A program made the position numbers and the translations under genes. A DNA stretch of 64,000 nt from a virus. Lineage: Duplodnaviria; Caudoviricetes. Numbering within the stretch: the stretch's first letter is position 1; every line of letters begins with the position of its first letter. The DNA lies in IMG/VR virus record IMGVR_UViG_3300030330_003356, positions 1 through 64,000 of that record; one strand, given 5' to 3'. This document shows, one piece after another, positions 19,546 through 30,098 of the stretch. The notes beneath the pieces were generated by a model. That model was not told where the DNA came from. It worked only from the letters and a program-made list of their open reading frames with translations, and ran no database searches.

Positions 19546-22500
19546 ATGTCACAGGAAACCAATCTTAACGTCGCCCCTTATTTTGACGACTTTGATCCTC
19601 AAAAGGATTATTACAAGGTTTTATTCAAACCAGGTTATCCAGTACAGGCAAGAGAATTAACTTCTCTCCAGTCCATCCTGCAAAATCAGGTTGAGAAGTT
19701 TGGACAGCACTTTTTCAGGGAAGGTGCTAAGGTAATTCCTGGAAATACGACATATTCTACAAATTATAAGTGTGTTCTTTTGGAAAACACTTATCTGGGA
19801 GTGCCTCTTTCTGATTATATCGATCAGTTAGTTGGTGCTCAAATCACTGGACAAGATTCTGGTGTCACTGCAATTGTTGACAGATATATTTTAGAATCAG
19901 AGTCTACTAGAAATCAGGTAACTTTATATTTAAATTATTCTGGATCAGGTTCAAATAATCAAGAAACTGTTTTTAGAAATGGTGAGCCTCTAACATCTAA
20001 TGTTACTATTTCTACTGCTAATACTTTAATTGCAGAAGGTGTTCCATTTGCATCTACTATTCAAACAGATGCAACAGCAGTTGGATCTGCGTACTTCATT
20101 AGTAATGGTATATATTTTGGAAAAGGAACATTTCTTAACGTAAATGATCAGACATTAATTTTAGATCAATATTCAAATACTCCAAATTATAGAATTGGAT
20201 TATTAATTGAAGAAAGAATTATTAATCCTGATCTTGATCCATCATTAACAGATAATTCTGCTGGATTTAATAATTTTGGATCTCCCGGAGCAGATAGACT
20301 TCAAATTACTACATCACTATTCAAAAAAGATTTAACAGATCTTGATGATAGTAATTTTGTGGAGCTTGGAGTTGTAAATAATGGAATTCTTAGACAAAGA
20401 ACCACAAGTAATACATCTCAATTCACTGACGTATTAGCAAAGAGAACATATGCTGAGTCAGGAGATTACTATGTCAAGTCTTTTGGACTTAATGTAAAAG
20501 AATCACTCAATAATTTTAAAGGAAATAGAGGCATCTTTAGTGAAGATCAGGTTACTTACGGAGGATCAACCCCTTCTGAAGATCTAGCATTATATCAAAT
20601 TACACCTGGAAGAGCGTTTGTAAAAGGATATGAGGTTGAAACAACAGCACCAACATATCTCGACGTTTTAAAGCCAAGAACTACAAAAACCTTAAAGGGA
20701 CAACAAATTAATTATGAGACAGGTGAGACTCTTAAATTAAATAGAGTTCATGGATCTCCAACAATTGGTATTGGAAACACATACGTTCTGAGTCTTAGAG
20801 ATTCGAGAGTTGGAGATAGCGCAACAGGAATCGCCGGAAAAGAAATTGGTTTAGCAAGAGTATATGATTTCAGTCTTGATTCTGGAACATATAATGCATC
20901 AAATTCAAACATTAATGAGTGGGGATTATCTCTTTATGATGTTCAAACAACCACTGAAATTACAGTAAACGAAAATATAACATTATCAGTACCTACTTTC
21001 ATCAAAGGAAAGAATAGTGGTGCAACCGGTTTCTTAAAAGAGGCAGCAACTGATACTAAATCTTTAGTTCTTTATGAAACCTCTGGCAAGTTTATTTTAA
21101 ACGAGAACTTTATTATAGACGGAGTTGAAAACTCAAGAGTAGCAACTGCTGTCACATCTTATGGTATTAGTGATGTATTATCAGTATTTGGTAGCGCAAA
21201 CGGTGCTGAAGTTGGAGCCGCAAGAACTTTCTCTGCTGATGTGGTTCTTACTCCCAATTTTAACGTTGGGGTTGCTACTATTACTGCTGCTGCTAATGAT
21301 TTTACATCGGTAATTAGATCAACTAATCCTCGTTTCCCAGGACAAATTAAAGCAGGAAATATTATCTCCTTTAGTGGAGATTTATCTCAAGATCCAGTTT
21401 TTGCTTCAGTTGTTAGCGTAGCAACTTCTTCTGTAACTGTTACTGGTGTATCAACAGTTGATGGTGTTGCAAGTGGTGCTATTCCTACTTCTGCATCATC
21501 TTTAAATGATGTAAAAGTAATTGCTGGAGATTTGGGAGTTTCTAATGATAGAACTCTTTATACCGAATTATCAAAGAGTAATATTTCAGATGTACAACTT
21601 AATGATGCATCTTTGGTAATTAGAAAAACTCAGCAAGTTAACATTGTTGATAATAAGTTATCATCAGCTATCTTAACAGAATCAAACGAAAGTTTCTTAC
21701 CATTCACTCCTGAAAGATATCTTCTTATTAGAAGTGATGGTACAACTGAAGAATTAACATCTGATAAGGTACAGATTAATGCTGGATCTAATCAGTTGGA
21801 GATTTTCAATCTTGGATCAGATGATGAAGCGACTTTAGTTACAACAATTACTAAAGTAAAACCAAAGGCAAAGAATAAAATTAAGAATAGAGTTAATTCT
21901 ATTGTAATTGATAAGTCTGTCAACAGCGCATCTGGAATTGGTTCAACTACATTGAATGATGGACTGACATATGGAAATTATCCATATGGAACAAGAGTAC
22001 AGGACGAAAATATTTCTCTCAATCATGCTGACTTGATTGAAGTTCATGGTGTTTTTGAATTAGCAACTGATCCTTCAGTCAACAACACAAATCCATCTGC
22101 ACCATCTGTTGTTCTCTCAAACTTAACAGGCCCAACAGGTAAAACTTCAGATTTGGTTATTGGAGAGGAAATTGTTGGAGAAACTTCAAATGCTCGCGCA
22201 ATAGTCGCTGTTAAAGAAACTGATTCAAAAATTGTTTATCTTTCTAAAAATCAGATTAATTTCAAAGAAGGTGAAGTTGTTGATTTTGAAGAGTCGGGAG
22301 TTAGAGCAGTTGTCATCACTTTAGACACCCCAAGTAAGGATATCTCATTTAAATACAGTTTCACTAATGGACAAAATGGTGAATTTTACAACTATGGTGT
22401 CCTGAATAGAAAGAACGATGAAGAAGCACCTCAGAGAAAATTAATTGCATATTTCTCTAATGGTTATTATGAATCAACTGACGATGGTGATATTACTACT

Positions 22501-25500
22501 GTAAATTCTTATTCTGGATTTGATTATGCTACAGAAATTCAGGATGTAAACGGAGTAAGAAATTCTGATATCATTGATATTCGTCCTAAGGTTTCTGATA
22601 TTGAAACAGTTTCAGAGGGTGATAGATCTCCTCTTGAGTTTAATGGTAGATCATTTAATGTTTCTGGCAATTCTGCTACAAATATCCTTGCATCAAATGA
22701 GGGTATTTTAACTGACTTCTCTTTCTATCTTGGTAGAATTGATAGAGTATATCTCACAAAGGATGGAGTATTCCAAGTTAAGTATGGAACTCCAGCAGAA
22801 AATCCAGAAAAGCCAACATCTGTTGATGATGCACTTGAGATTGCTACGATAACTTTACCACCATTCTTATATAATATTACTGATGCTAGTAAGAGATTCT
22901 TAGAGCATAAGCGTTATAGAATGGTTGATATCAAGCAACTTGAAAATAGAATTAAGAATCTTGAATTCTTCACTTCTTTATCTCTGCTTGAGACTAACAC
23001 CGCTAATCTTTTTGTTCCTGATGCAAACGGACTTAACAGATTTAAGTCTGGATTCTTTGTTGATAATTTCACTTCTTTCCTTGCTCAAGAAGAGTCAGTT
23101 GATTTAAAAAATAGTGTTGACTTTAATCAAAAAGAAGCACGTCCTAAGCACTATACAACACAAACTGATTTAACTCAAAGTCTTACCGGATCGGGTGATC
23201 TAAGATTTACTAATCCGGATGGGACAAATATTAGAAAGACAAATGATATTGTCACTCTTGACTATACTGACGAAGTTTGGTTAAGTCAGCAGTTCTGCAC
23301 TAGATCTGAAAGTGTAACTCCCTTTATTGTTGGATTCTGGGTAGGTGCTCTAGAACTTCTTCCTGCATCAGATTCTTGGACTGATCAAGTAAGACTTGAA
23401 GCTAATATTGTTCAGGCAGAGGGTAATTTCTCTGAAACTCTTGAAAGAGCGTCTAGAACTCTTAATGTTGATCCTCAAACTGGATTTGCACCTGCTATCT
23501 GGAATTCTTGGGTTAATAATTGGACTGGACAAGAGGAAGGAGTCAGAACCGAGGATAGAACATTAAATGAAAGAAATGTTTTTGAACGCGGTAACACCAG
23601 ATTTGATGTAAGAACATCCACTACATTTAGAGATACTATTAGACAAGTATTTGATACTGGTGTAGCAACTAGAACTGGTACAAGAACTGTTGTCACAGAA
23701 CAATTTGATAACGAATCCCTTGGAGATAGAGTTGTAAGTAGAGATTTAATTTCTTTTGCAAGATCTAGAAATATTGAGTTTAATGTTAGTTCTCTGAAAC
23801 CAAATACTCAAGTCTTTGGATTCTTTGATGGAGTGGCGATCACAGATTATTGTATTCCCAAACTTCTTGAAATCAATATGATTTCAGGAACCTTCCAAGT
23901 TGGCGAAACAATTACAGGAACCATGCGTCCTGTGGGGAACGCCCCTGCAACTGACAGTGATCCGCAAATCACTTTTAGAGTAGCACAAGCAAATCATAAA
24001 TCTGGTGCTTTTGATAGTGCAACTGAGGTTTTCACTATTAACCCTTATAATAATACTCAAGTTCTTCCCAGCGCATATTCATCTACATCTACGATTTTAA
24101 ACATCGATACTTTCTCATTATGCGATCAACCACAAGGTGACTTTATCGGTTATGTCGCACCAGAAATGGTTCTGGTTGGAGGAACTAGTGGTGCTCAAGC
24201 CACTATTAGTCAAGTTAGACTCGTATCTGACTTTACTTCTTCATTGATTGGAAGTCTCTTTATTCCTGATCCTAATATTGGCAACAACCCAAGATTTGAA
24301 GTTGGAACTAAAGTTCTTACGTTTATTGATGACGCTAATAATAATATTAGAAGTGCCACCACTCGTGCTACTTCAACATTCTTGATTAGTGGTGTCATAG
24401 AAACAGTACAAGAAAATATTGTTTCTATTAGAAACGCCAACGTACAGTCACAAGAAATTTCTGATGAGAGAGATATCAGAAGACAAAATGAAACTGTAGG
24501 AACTCAAGTTCTTAGCACCGAAGTAATTGCTGAGCAAACTAGAACCTTCACTGAAAATATAAATCGTGGAGGTGGAGATCCTCTTGCACAAACTTTTGTG
24601 GTTGAAGACACAACAGGAATCTTTATCACCAAATGTGATGTGTTCTTTGAGCAAGTTGATAATCTTGGAATCCCTGTAATTTGGGAACTTAGAACAGTTG
24701 AAAATGGAGTGCCGACTACAAAAATTCTTCCATTGTCTCAAGTAATACTACCAGCTGATCAAATTAATGTCAGCGATGATGGTTCAGTTGCTACAACCTT
24801 TACTCTTAAGGCACCTGTATATCTCGAACCTGGTGTTGAATATGCTATGGTTATGCGCTCTGCATCTGCAAGATATAGAGTCTTTATCTCAAGAGTTGGT
24901 GAAAATGATCTTATCACCCAAACATTCGTTTCTAACCAACCCTATCTTGGATCTCTTTATAAGTCTCAAAACGGATCTGTTTGGGAACCAAGTCAGTGGG
25001 AAGATCTTAAGTTTACGCTTTACAGAGCTAATTTCGTTGAAAATGGTTCTATTGAAGTCTATAGTCCTCAGTTAAGCAGTGGTAATAATCAAATTGCCAA
25101 ACTTGTTCCAAATTCAATCAACCTTGTTTCTAGATCTGTTCGTATCGGCATAGGATCCACTCTTCAAGATACTGATCTTACTCTCGGCAACACGATTGTT
25201 CAACACGGAAGTAATGCATCTGGTAACTTTGTTGGAAAAGCGGGCATCGCTACTGGAACTTTAAACATTATTAATTCTGGAATTGGATTCACTCCATCCT
25301 CTGGATATCTTGAGTATACCGGTGTTGAATTAATTAACATCACCAGTAACGGTAGAAATGCAAAAGCAGACATTACCATTGATAATGGTGTTGCAGTTGG
25401 CGCAACTATTTCTGAATACGTCGCTGCAAGTGGCGGACAAGGATATGTAATTGGTGATGTCTTAGGAGTTTCTACGATTGGAAATAACAATCTTGGTAGA

Positions 25501-27006
25501 AATCTTAGATTGTCTCTCGTATCTATTGCTAATACAAATGAACTCCTCTTAGATAATGTTCAGGGAGACTTTATTACAGGTGCAGGAAATACCGTACAAT
25601 TTATCAATAACTCTGGACTTAGAACCGATTTAAATGCTGCTCAAGGTGGAAATGCACTGATTGATGGTATTAACGACATTGTAAGTGATGGTATTCATTT
25701 CAGCGTCAATCATAGAAACCATGGCATGTACTTTGCGGACAACAGAGTTGCAATCTCTGATGTTGAATCAGATATTCTCCCCATTAAACTCACTGCTGCA
25801 ATTGATTCTTCTTCAACATCACCTATCACGGTTGATTCTACGACAGGATTTGATACCTTTGAAAATGTAGGTGTTGGAACAACTAACTTAGGTTATCTCA
25901 AGATTGGTAATGAAATTGTATCTTATGAAGCAGCATCTGGAAATAGCATTACCATTGTCGAAAGAGGAATTGATAGCACGTCTGCTGAAAATTACTCTGC
26001 AGGAACACAGGTATTTAAATATGAACTTGGTAATGTTTCTCTGAGAAGAATCAATAAAACACATAATCTGAATGATGTGACTGCCGCAAGTCCTCGTACT
26101 TTTGACTCATATAAAGTCAAACTCAACATGGGAGAAAGTGGAGTTGGACGTTCAACTGGCGAAAGTTTCCCCATTCTTTATATGGGCGAAACAAAATCAA
26201 CTGGTGGATCTAAGATTAAGGCTACTCAAAACATTCCTTTTGAGATCTTAACTCCACAGATTCAGCATATGACTGTTCAGGGAACAAACATTGATGCTCA
26301 AGTTAGAACGATCTCTGGATCTTCAATTAGTGGTAATGAAATTCCTTACATTGATCAAGGATTTGAAGAAATTTCAGTATCAAGTCCAAATTATTTCAGC
26401 ACACCAAGAATTATTGCTTCTAAGGTAAACGAAGACGCAAAACTGTCCACTTTACCTGGCAATAAATCAATGACTCTGAGACTCAACTTCGGAACAACTG
26501 ATTCAAGAGTTTCTCCTGTCATTGATACCCAGAGAATGAGTGTTGTTACAACTTCTAATAGAGTTGATAATGTCATCACTAACTATATTACTGATAGTAG
26601 AGTGAACGGTATTGAAACTGATCCAACTGGTTTCCAATATCTTTCTAAGGAAATTTCTCTTGAAAATCCTGCTACTTCATTGAAAATTATTGTTGAAGTG
26701 TTTAAAGATAGAGATGCTGATATCAGAGGATTCTTTGCAATCGCTGATCATCAAAACTTTAATCCAATTTATGAAGCATTCCCTGGATTTAATAACATTA
26801 ACGAAAGAGGACAAATTATCGATGTTGCAAATAATGACGGTTCTAGTGACACTTTTGTCGCCCCTGCTGAAGACTTTAGAGAGCACACATTCACAATTGA
26901 TGAACTCCCTTCCTTCAACTCATATAGAATCAAACTCCTCCTCACTTCAACTAACCAGGCCAATCCACCTAGAATCAGAAATCTGAGAGTGATCGCACTT
27001 GCATAA
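19546..27006 (+). CDS. large virion structural protein, DUF4815/VrlC-like (2486 aa)
   Basis: N-terminal PYFDDFD...KVLFKPGYPVQARELTSLQSILQNQ, PGADRLQI, DPLAQTF; usual position after gp8. Confidence 0.85.
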   Translation: MSQETNLNVAPYFDDFDPQKDYYKVLFKPGYPVQARELTSLQSILQNQVEKFGQHFFREGAKVIPGNTTYSTNYKCVLLENTYLGVPLSDYIDQLVGAQITGQDSGVTAIVDRYILESESTRNQVTLYLNYSGSGSNNQETVFRNGEPLTSNVTISTANTLIAEGVPFASTIQTDATAVGSAYFISNGIYFGKGTFLNVNDQTLILDQYSNTPNYRIGLLIEERIINPDLDPSLTDNSAGFNNFGSPGADRLQITTSLFKKDLTDLDDSNFVELGVVNNGILRQRTTSNTSQFTDVLAKRTYAESGDYYVKSFGLNVKESLNNFKGNRGIFSEDQVTYGGSTPSEDLALYQITPGRAFVKGYEVETTAPTYLDVLKPRTTKTLKGQQINYETGETLKLNRVHGSPTIGIGNTYVLSLRDSRVGDSATGIAGKEIGLARVYDFSLDSGTYNASNSNINEWGLSLYDVQTTTEITVNENITLSVPTFIKGKNSGATGFLKEAATDTKSLVLYETSGKFILNENFIIDGVENSRVATAVTSYGISDVLSVFGSANGAEVGAARTFSADVVLTPNFNVGVATITAAANDFTSVIRSTNPRFPGQIKAGNIISFSGDLSQDPVFASVVSVATSSVTVTGVSTVDGVASGAIPTSASSLNDVKVIAGDLGVSNDRTLYTELSKSNISDVQLNDASLVIRKTQQVNIVDNKLSSAILTESNESFLPFTPERYLLIRSDGTTEELTSDKVQINAGSNQLEIFNLGSDDEATLVTTITKVKPKAKNKIKNRVNSIVIDKSVNSASGIGSTTLNDGLTYGNYPYGTRVQDENISLNHADLIEVHGVFELATDPSVNNTNPSAPSVVLSNLTGPTGKTSDLVIGEEIVGETSNARAIVAVKETDSKIVYLSKNQINFKEGEVVDFEESGVRAVVITLDTPSKDISFKYSFTNGQNGEFYNYGVLNRKNDEEAPQRKLIAYFSNGYYESTDDGDITTVNSYSGFDYATEIQDVNGVRNSDIIDIRPKVSDIETVSEGDRSPLEFNGRSFNVSGNSATNILASNEGILTDFSFYLGRIDRVYLTKDGVFQVKYGTPAENPEKPTSVDDALEIATITLPPFLYNITDASKRFLEHKRYRMVDIKQLENRIKNLEFFTSLSLLETNTANLFVPDANGLNRFKSGFFVDNFTSFLAQEESVDLKNSVDFNQKEARPKHYTTQTDLTQSLTGSGDLRFTNPDGTNIRKTNDIVTLDYTDEVWLSQQFCTRSESVTPFIVGFWVGALELLPASDSWTDQVRLEANIVQAEGNFSETLERASRTLNVDPQTGFAPAIWNSWVNNWTGQEEGVRTEDRTLNERNVFERGNTRFDVRTSTTFRDTIRQVFDTGVATRTGTRTVVTEQFDNESLGDRVVSRDLISFARSRNIEFNVSSLKPNTQVFGFFDGVAITDYCIPKLLEINMISGTFQVGETITGTMRPVGNAPATDSDPQITFRVAQANHKSGAFDSATEVFTINPYNNTQVLPSAYSSTSTILNIDTFSLCDQPQGDFIGYVAPEMVLVGGTSGAQATISQVRLVSDFTSSLIGSLFIPDPNIGNNPRFEVGTKVLTFIDDANNNIRSATTRATSTFLISGVIETVQENIVSIRNANVQSQEISDERDIRRQNETVGTQVLSTEVIAEQTRTFTENINRGGGDPLAQTFVVEDTTGIFITKCDVFFEQVDNLGIPVIWELRTVENGVPTTKILPLSQVILPADQINVSDDGSVATTFTLKAPVYLEPGVEYAMVMRSASARYRVFISRVGENDLITQTFVSNQPYLGSLYKSQNGSVWEPSQWEDLKFTLYRANFVENGSIEVYSPQLSSGNNQIAKLVPNSINLVSRSVRIGIGSTLQDTDLTLGNTIVQHGSNASGNFVGKAGIATGTLNIINSGIGFTPSSGYLEYTGVELINITSNGRNAKADITIDNGVAVGATISEYVAASGGQGYVIGDVLGVSTIGNNNLGRNLRLSLVSIANTNELLLDNVQGDFITGAGNTVQFINNSGLRTDLNAAQGGNALIDGINDIVSDGIHFSVNHRNHGMYFADNRVAISDVESDILPIKLTAAIDSSSTSPITVDSTTGFDTFENVGVGTTNLGYLKIGNEIVSYEAASGNSITIVERGIDSTSAENYSAGTQVFKYELGNVSLRRINKTHNLNDVTAASPRTFDSYKVKLNMGESGVGRSTGESFPILYMGETKSTGGSKIKATQNIPFEILTPQIQHMTVQGTNIDAQVRTISGSSISGNEIPYIDQGFEEISVSSPNYFSTPRIIASKVNEDAKLSTLPGNKSMTLRLNFGTTDSRVSPVIDTQRMSVVTTSNRVDNVITNYITDSRVNGIETDPTGFQYLSKEISLENPATSLKIIVEVFKDRDADIRGFFAIADHQNFNPIYEAFPGFNNINERGQIIDVANNDGSSDTFVAPAEDFREHTFTIDELPSFNSYRIKLLLTSTNQANPPRIRNLRVIALA

Positions 27007-27245
27007 TGAAACACTTAAAAGTTGAAGGACACAATAACCTTCTCAGAGATAGTGAAACCGGAGCTATCATCAATAACGATAAATCTGGTTTCTCTTCATA
27101 TATGATGAGTAAGAATGTTAAAAATGAAGAGAGTATTAGAATACAGAATGTTGAGCGAGATCTTGCTAACATTCATAATGAAATCAGTGAACTAAAATCA
27201 CTTCTCAAGGAGGCACTCTATGGATCCCGAATCGATCAAACTTAG
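27006..27245 (+). CDS. small hypothetical protein with C-terminal coiled coil
   Basis: KVEGHNNLLRDSETGAIIN motif; start overlaps the preceding stop (TAATG). Confidence 0.8.
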   Translation: MKHLKVEGHNNLLRDSETGAIINNDKSGFSSYMMSKNVKNEESIRIQNVERDLANIHNEISELKSLLKEALYGSRIDQT

Positions 27246-27396
27246 CAATTTATCTAAAAGTTTTGAATATACCAAATTAGCATCTGAGATAGATAGTTGT
27301 GATGATAGAGATACTTTGAGAAACATCGCAAAGTCATTTGTAAAACTTTATTATAAACAACAAGAGACTTTATCAGTAATAAACATAAATGGCTAA
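27220..27396 (+). CDS. 58-aa helical protein, possibly NblA-like (not in ORF track)
   Basis: Hand translation: MDPESIKLSNLSKSFEYTKLASEIDSCDDRDTLRNIAKSFVKLYYKQQETLSVINING; GGAGG SD at 27209-27213. The function call is recall-based. Confidence 0.6.
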   Translation: MDPESIKLSNLSKSFEYTKLASEIDSCDDRDTLRNIAKSFVKLYYKQQETLSVINING

Positions 27397-27808
27397 TCAG
27401 AACGTAACCTTTGATGTAGCATCTGGTGCTCCATATGCCGTAAATTTAAACATTTACGGCGGGGCAAACTTTAGTGATAAGTTTACAATTACTAATCCAA
27501 ACGGAACTGCATTTAGATTTGATACTGGTGCTGGATCAACTCCTAGCAGTCCTGTTGAGTGGAGTGGTTCTGCCGCCATGTCCAAAAGTGTTGCTGTTGG
27601 AGCTACTTTAGGAGTTACGACTGCATTTACTGTAGGATTTACCAGCGCGAGAGATGGTGTTATGACATTATCTCTTAATCCAGCGGCTACTAGAAATCTT
27701 AAACCTGGTAGATATGTTTATGATGTCCTGGTGAGTTCTGGTAATACCACTTACAATATTATTAATGGTGATGTTTTAGTTAAAGCAGGTATTGCTACAA
27801 ACCCATAA
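27389..27808 (+). CDS. putative virion structural protein (Ig/BppU-N-like)
   Basis: beta-rich; LKPGRYVYDVLV motif; lies among structural genes. Confidence 0.65.
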   Translation: MANQNVTFDVASGAPYAVNLNIYGGANFSDKFTITNPNGTAFRFDTGAGSTPSSPVEWSGSAAMSKSVAVGATLGVTTAFTVGFTSARDGVMTLSLNPAATRNLKPGRYVYDVLVSSGNTTYNIINGDVLVKAGIATNP

Positions 27809-27811
27809 ATA
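27805..27811 (+). promoter_or_regulatory. T4-like late promoter
   Basis: ATAAATA upstream of gp13. Confidence 0.6.
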
Positions 27812-27827
27812 GGTAAAAAGTAGATAA

Positions 27828-28673
27828 ATGCAACCATCAACTAGAGCGGAGTTAGTAGACTACTGCAAAAGAAAGTTAGGTGCTCCTGTCCTTGAGATCA
27901 ACGTTGCTGATGAGCAAATAGAGGACTTAGTTGATGATGCAATTCAATATTTTCATGAAAGACACTTTGATGGTGTTGGACAAGTATTTTTAAAATATCA
28001 AATAACTCAAGACGATATTAACAGAGGTAGAAGTCCTTCCTCTAGCGTAACTCAAGCTGGTATTGTTACCACAACAGCAACAGCAACTATTGATGGTGCT
28101 GATACTACATTTTCATACGAAGAAAACAGCAACTATTTACAAATCCCTCCCTCTGTTATTGGGGTAAATAAAATATTTCAATTTGCTGGTGGTAATTCAA
28201 TCACTAACAATATGTTTAGTGTGAAATATCAATTATTCCTCAATGATGTTTACTTCTTCGGAAACACGGAGTTATTGTCATACGCTATGACAAAGACTTA
28301 TCTTGAAGATCTTGATTTCTTATTAAACACTCATAAGCAAATCAGATTTAATCAAAGGATGGATAGATTATATCTTGATATTGATTGGAGTAGTGTTACT
28401 GTTGGTGAGTATATAATTATTGATTGCTTCAGAACAGTTGATCCGAATGATTTTTCAAGAGTTTATAACGATTCTTTCTTAAAACCATATCTCACTGCAT
28501 TAATCAAGCGTCAATGGGGACAAAACTTGATGAAGTTCCAAGGAGTCAAACTCCCTGGTGGAGTTGAACTCAATGGTAGACAAATTTATGAAGATGGACA
28601 AAATGATCTAGATAAAATCATGGAAAAAATGTCCAATACTTATGAACTTCCTCCCCTTGACTTTATCGGATAA
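27828..28673 (+). CDS. gp13: neck protein gp13
   Basis: YCKRKLGAPVLEINV, KRQWGQNLMKFQGVKLPGGVELNG. Confidence 0.95.
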   Translation: MQPSTRAELVDYCKRKLGAPVLEINVADEQIEDLVDDAIQYFHERHFDGVGQVFLKYQITQDDINRGRSPSSSVTQAGIVTTTATATIDGADTTFSYEENSNYLQIPPSVIGVNKIFQFAGGNSITNNMFSVKYQLFLNDVYFFGNTELLSYAMTKTYLEDLDFLLNTHKQIRFNQRMDRLYLDIDWSSVTVGEYIIIDCFRTVDPNDFSRVYNDSFLKPYLTALIKRQWGQNLMKFQGVKLPGGVELNGRQIYEDGQNDLDKIMEKMSNTYELPPLDFIG

Positions 28674-30070
28674 TGGCGTTAAATCCTTTTTTCTTACAAG
28701 GCTCTCAAGGAGAGCAAAGTCTTGTTCAAGACTTGATCAACGAACAGTTGAGGATGTATGGTGTTGAAGTATATTACTTACCAAGACAATACGTCACTAA
28801 AAACAAGGTAATACGAGAAGTAATTACTTCAGAATTTAATCAATCATATCCCATTGAGGCATATGTTGACAATTTTGATGGATATGGCGATAATACAGTT
28901 CTTTTATCAAAATTTGGTGTTCAAGCAACGAGTGAACTTAAGTTAATCATTTCACAAGAGAGATTTTCTAGTTATATTACTCCACTGATTAAGAATTTAC
29001 CAAATATTGAACTTGCAACTCGTCCAAAAGAGGGAGATCTGATTTATTTCCCACTTGGTGATAGACTTTTTGAAATTAAGTTTGTTGAGCACGAAAAACC
29101 TTTTTATCAGTTACAAAAAAATTACGTTTACGAATTAACTTGCGAACTGTTCAGAGGGGAAGATGAGGTTCTGGATACTGGTATTGAGGAAATCGATGAT
29201 ACCTTCGATGTGGAAGGAAATATCAGATCTCTCACGCTTATCGGATCTGGATCCACCGCAACCGCTATCTCTGGAAGAATTGCTAGCGGTGCCGTCAACC
29301 AAATTATCGTTACCTCTAGAGGTGAAAAATACAATTATCCACCCGCTGTTGCGATTTCATCTGCACCTACCGGTGGTATCCGCGCCACAGGAATTTCAAC
29401 CTTACGTAACGACATTGTTAATTGTGATGGAACTCTGATTGGAGAAAAAGTACAAGGAGTCTTTATTTCTAATCCTGGTGCGGGATATACAGTCAATCCC
29501 GGTATTGTATTCGTAGGAGTTAACACTAATCCTGGTGTTGGTGCTGCTGCAACAACTAGAATATCTGATAATACAGTTGGTGTTGTAACTATTAGTGATG
29601 GTGGTGGAGGATATGTATCTGCACCAACAGTTACGTTCAGCAGCCCTGGAATTGGTACAACTGCACAAGGTGTTGCCGTCGTCTCTGCTGCAGGAACAGT
29701 TACTGCAATTTATTTGACAAATGCTGGTGCTGGATACACAGTGGCACCTACTATCACCCTATCCGCTCCAGATCTTGGTGGAAGCGGAGACTTTATTCCC
29801 ACAGAGACTATCACTGGTTCTACAAGTGGCGTTACTGGAATTGTTAAAACTTGGAATTCTGTCACAAACGTTCTTACATATTCTAACGTCTCTGGCGACT
29901 TTGTTGCTGGCGAGACAATTACTGGATCTGAAAGCAGTGCTTCCTATGTAATTAGGGTTGTAGAAGATGACAACACTGTGAATAAGTACCCCGATAATGA
30001 TGAAATTGAACTCTCTGCTAAGGATGGAATCTTAGATTTCTCAGAATCAAATCCCTTTGGGAATCCTTAA
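28673..30070 (+). CDS. gp14: neck protein gp14 with internal repeat insertion
   Basis: EQLRMYGVEVYYLPR, RPKEGDLIYFP, FYQLQKNYVYELTCELF; C-terminal DFSESNPFG. Confidence 0.95.
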   Translation: MALNPFFLQGSQGEQSLVQDLINEQLRMYGVEVYYLPRQYVTKNKVIREVITSEFNQSYPIEAYVDNFDGYGDNTVLLSKFGVQATSELKLIISQERFSSYITPLIKNLPNIELATRPKEGDLIYFPLGDRLFEIKFVEHEKPFYQLQKNYVYELTCELFRGEDEVLDTGIEEIDDTFDVEGNIRSLTLIGSGSTATAISGRIASGAVNQIIVTSRGEKYNYPPAVAISSAPTGGIRATGISTLRNDIVNCDGTLIGEKVQGVFISNPGAGYTVNPGIVFVGVNTNPGVGAAATTRISDNTVGVVTISDGGGGYVSAPTVTFSSPGIGTTAQGVAVVSAAGTVTAIYLTNAGAGYTVAPTITLSAPDLGGSGDFIPTETITGSTSGVTGIVKTWNSVTNVLTYSNVSGDFVAGETITGSESSASYVIRVVEDDNTVNKYPDNDEIELSAKDGILDFSESNPFGNP

Positions 30071-30071
30071 C

Positions 30072-30078
30072 CTAAATA
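30072..30078 (+). promoter_or_regulatory. T4-like late promoter
   Basis: CTAAATA upstream of gp15. Confidence 0.6.
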
Positions 30079-30098
30079 GAGTTAACTAAGGCAATTGT

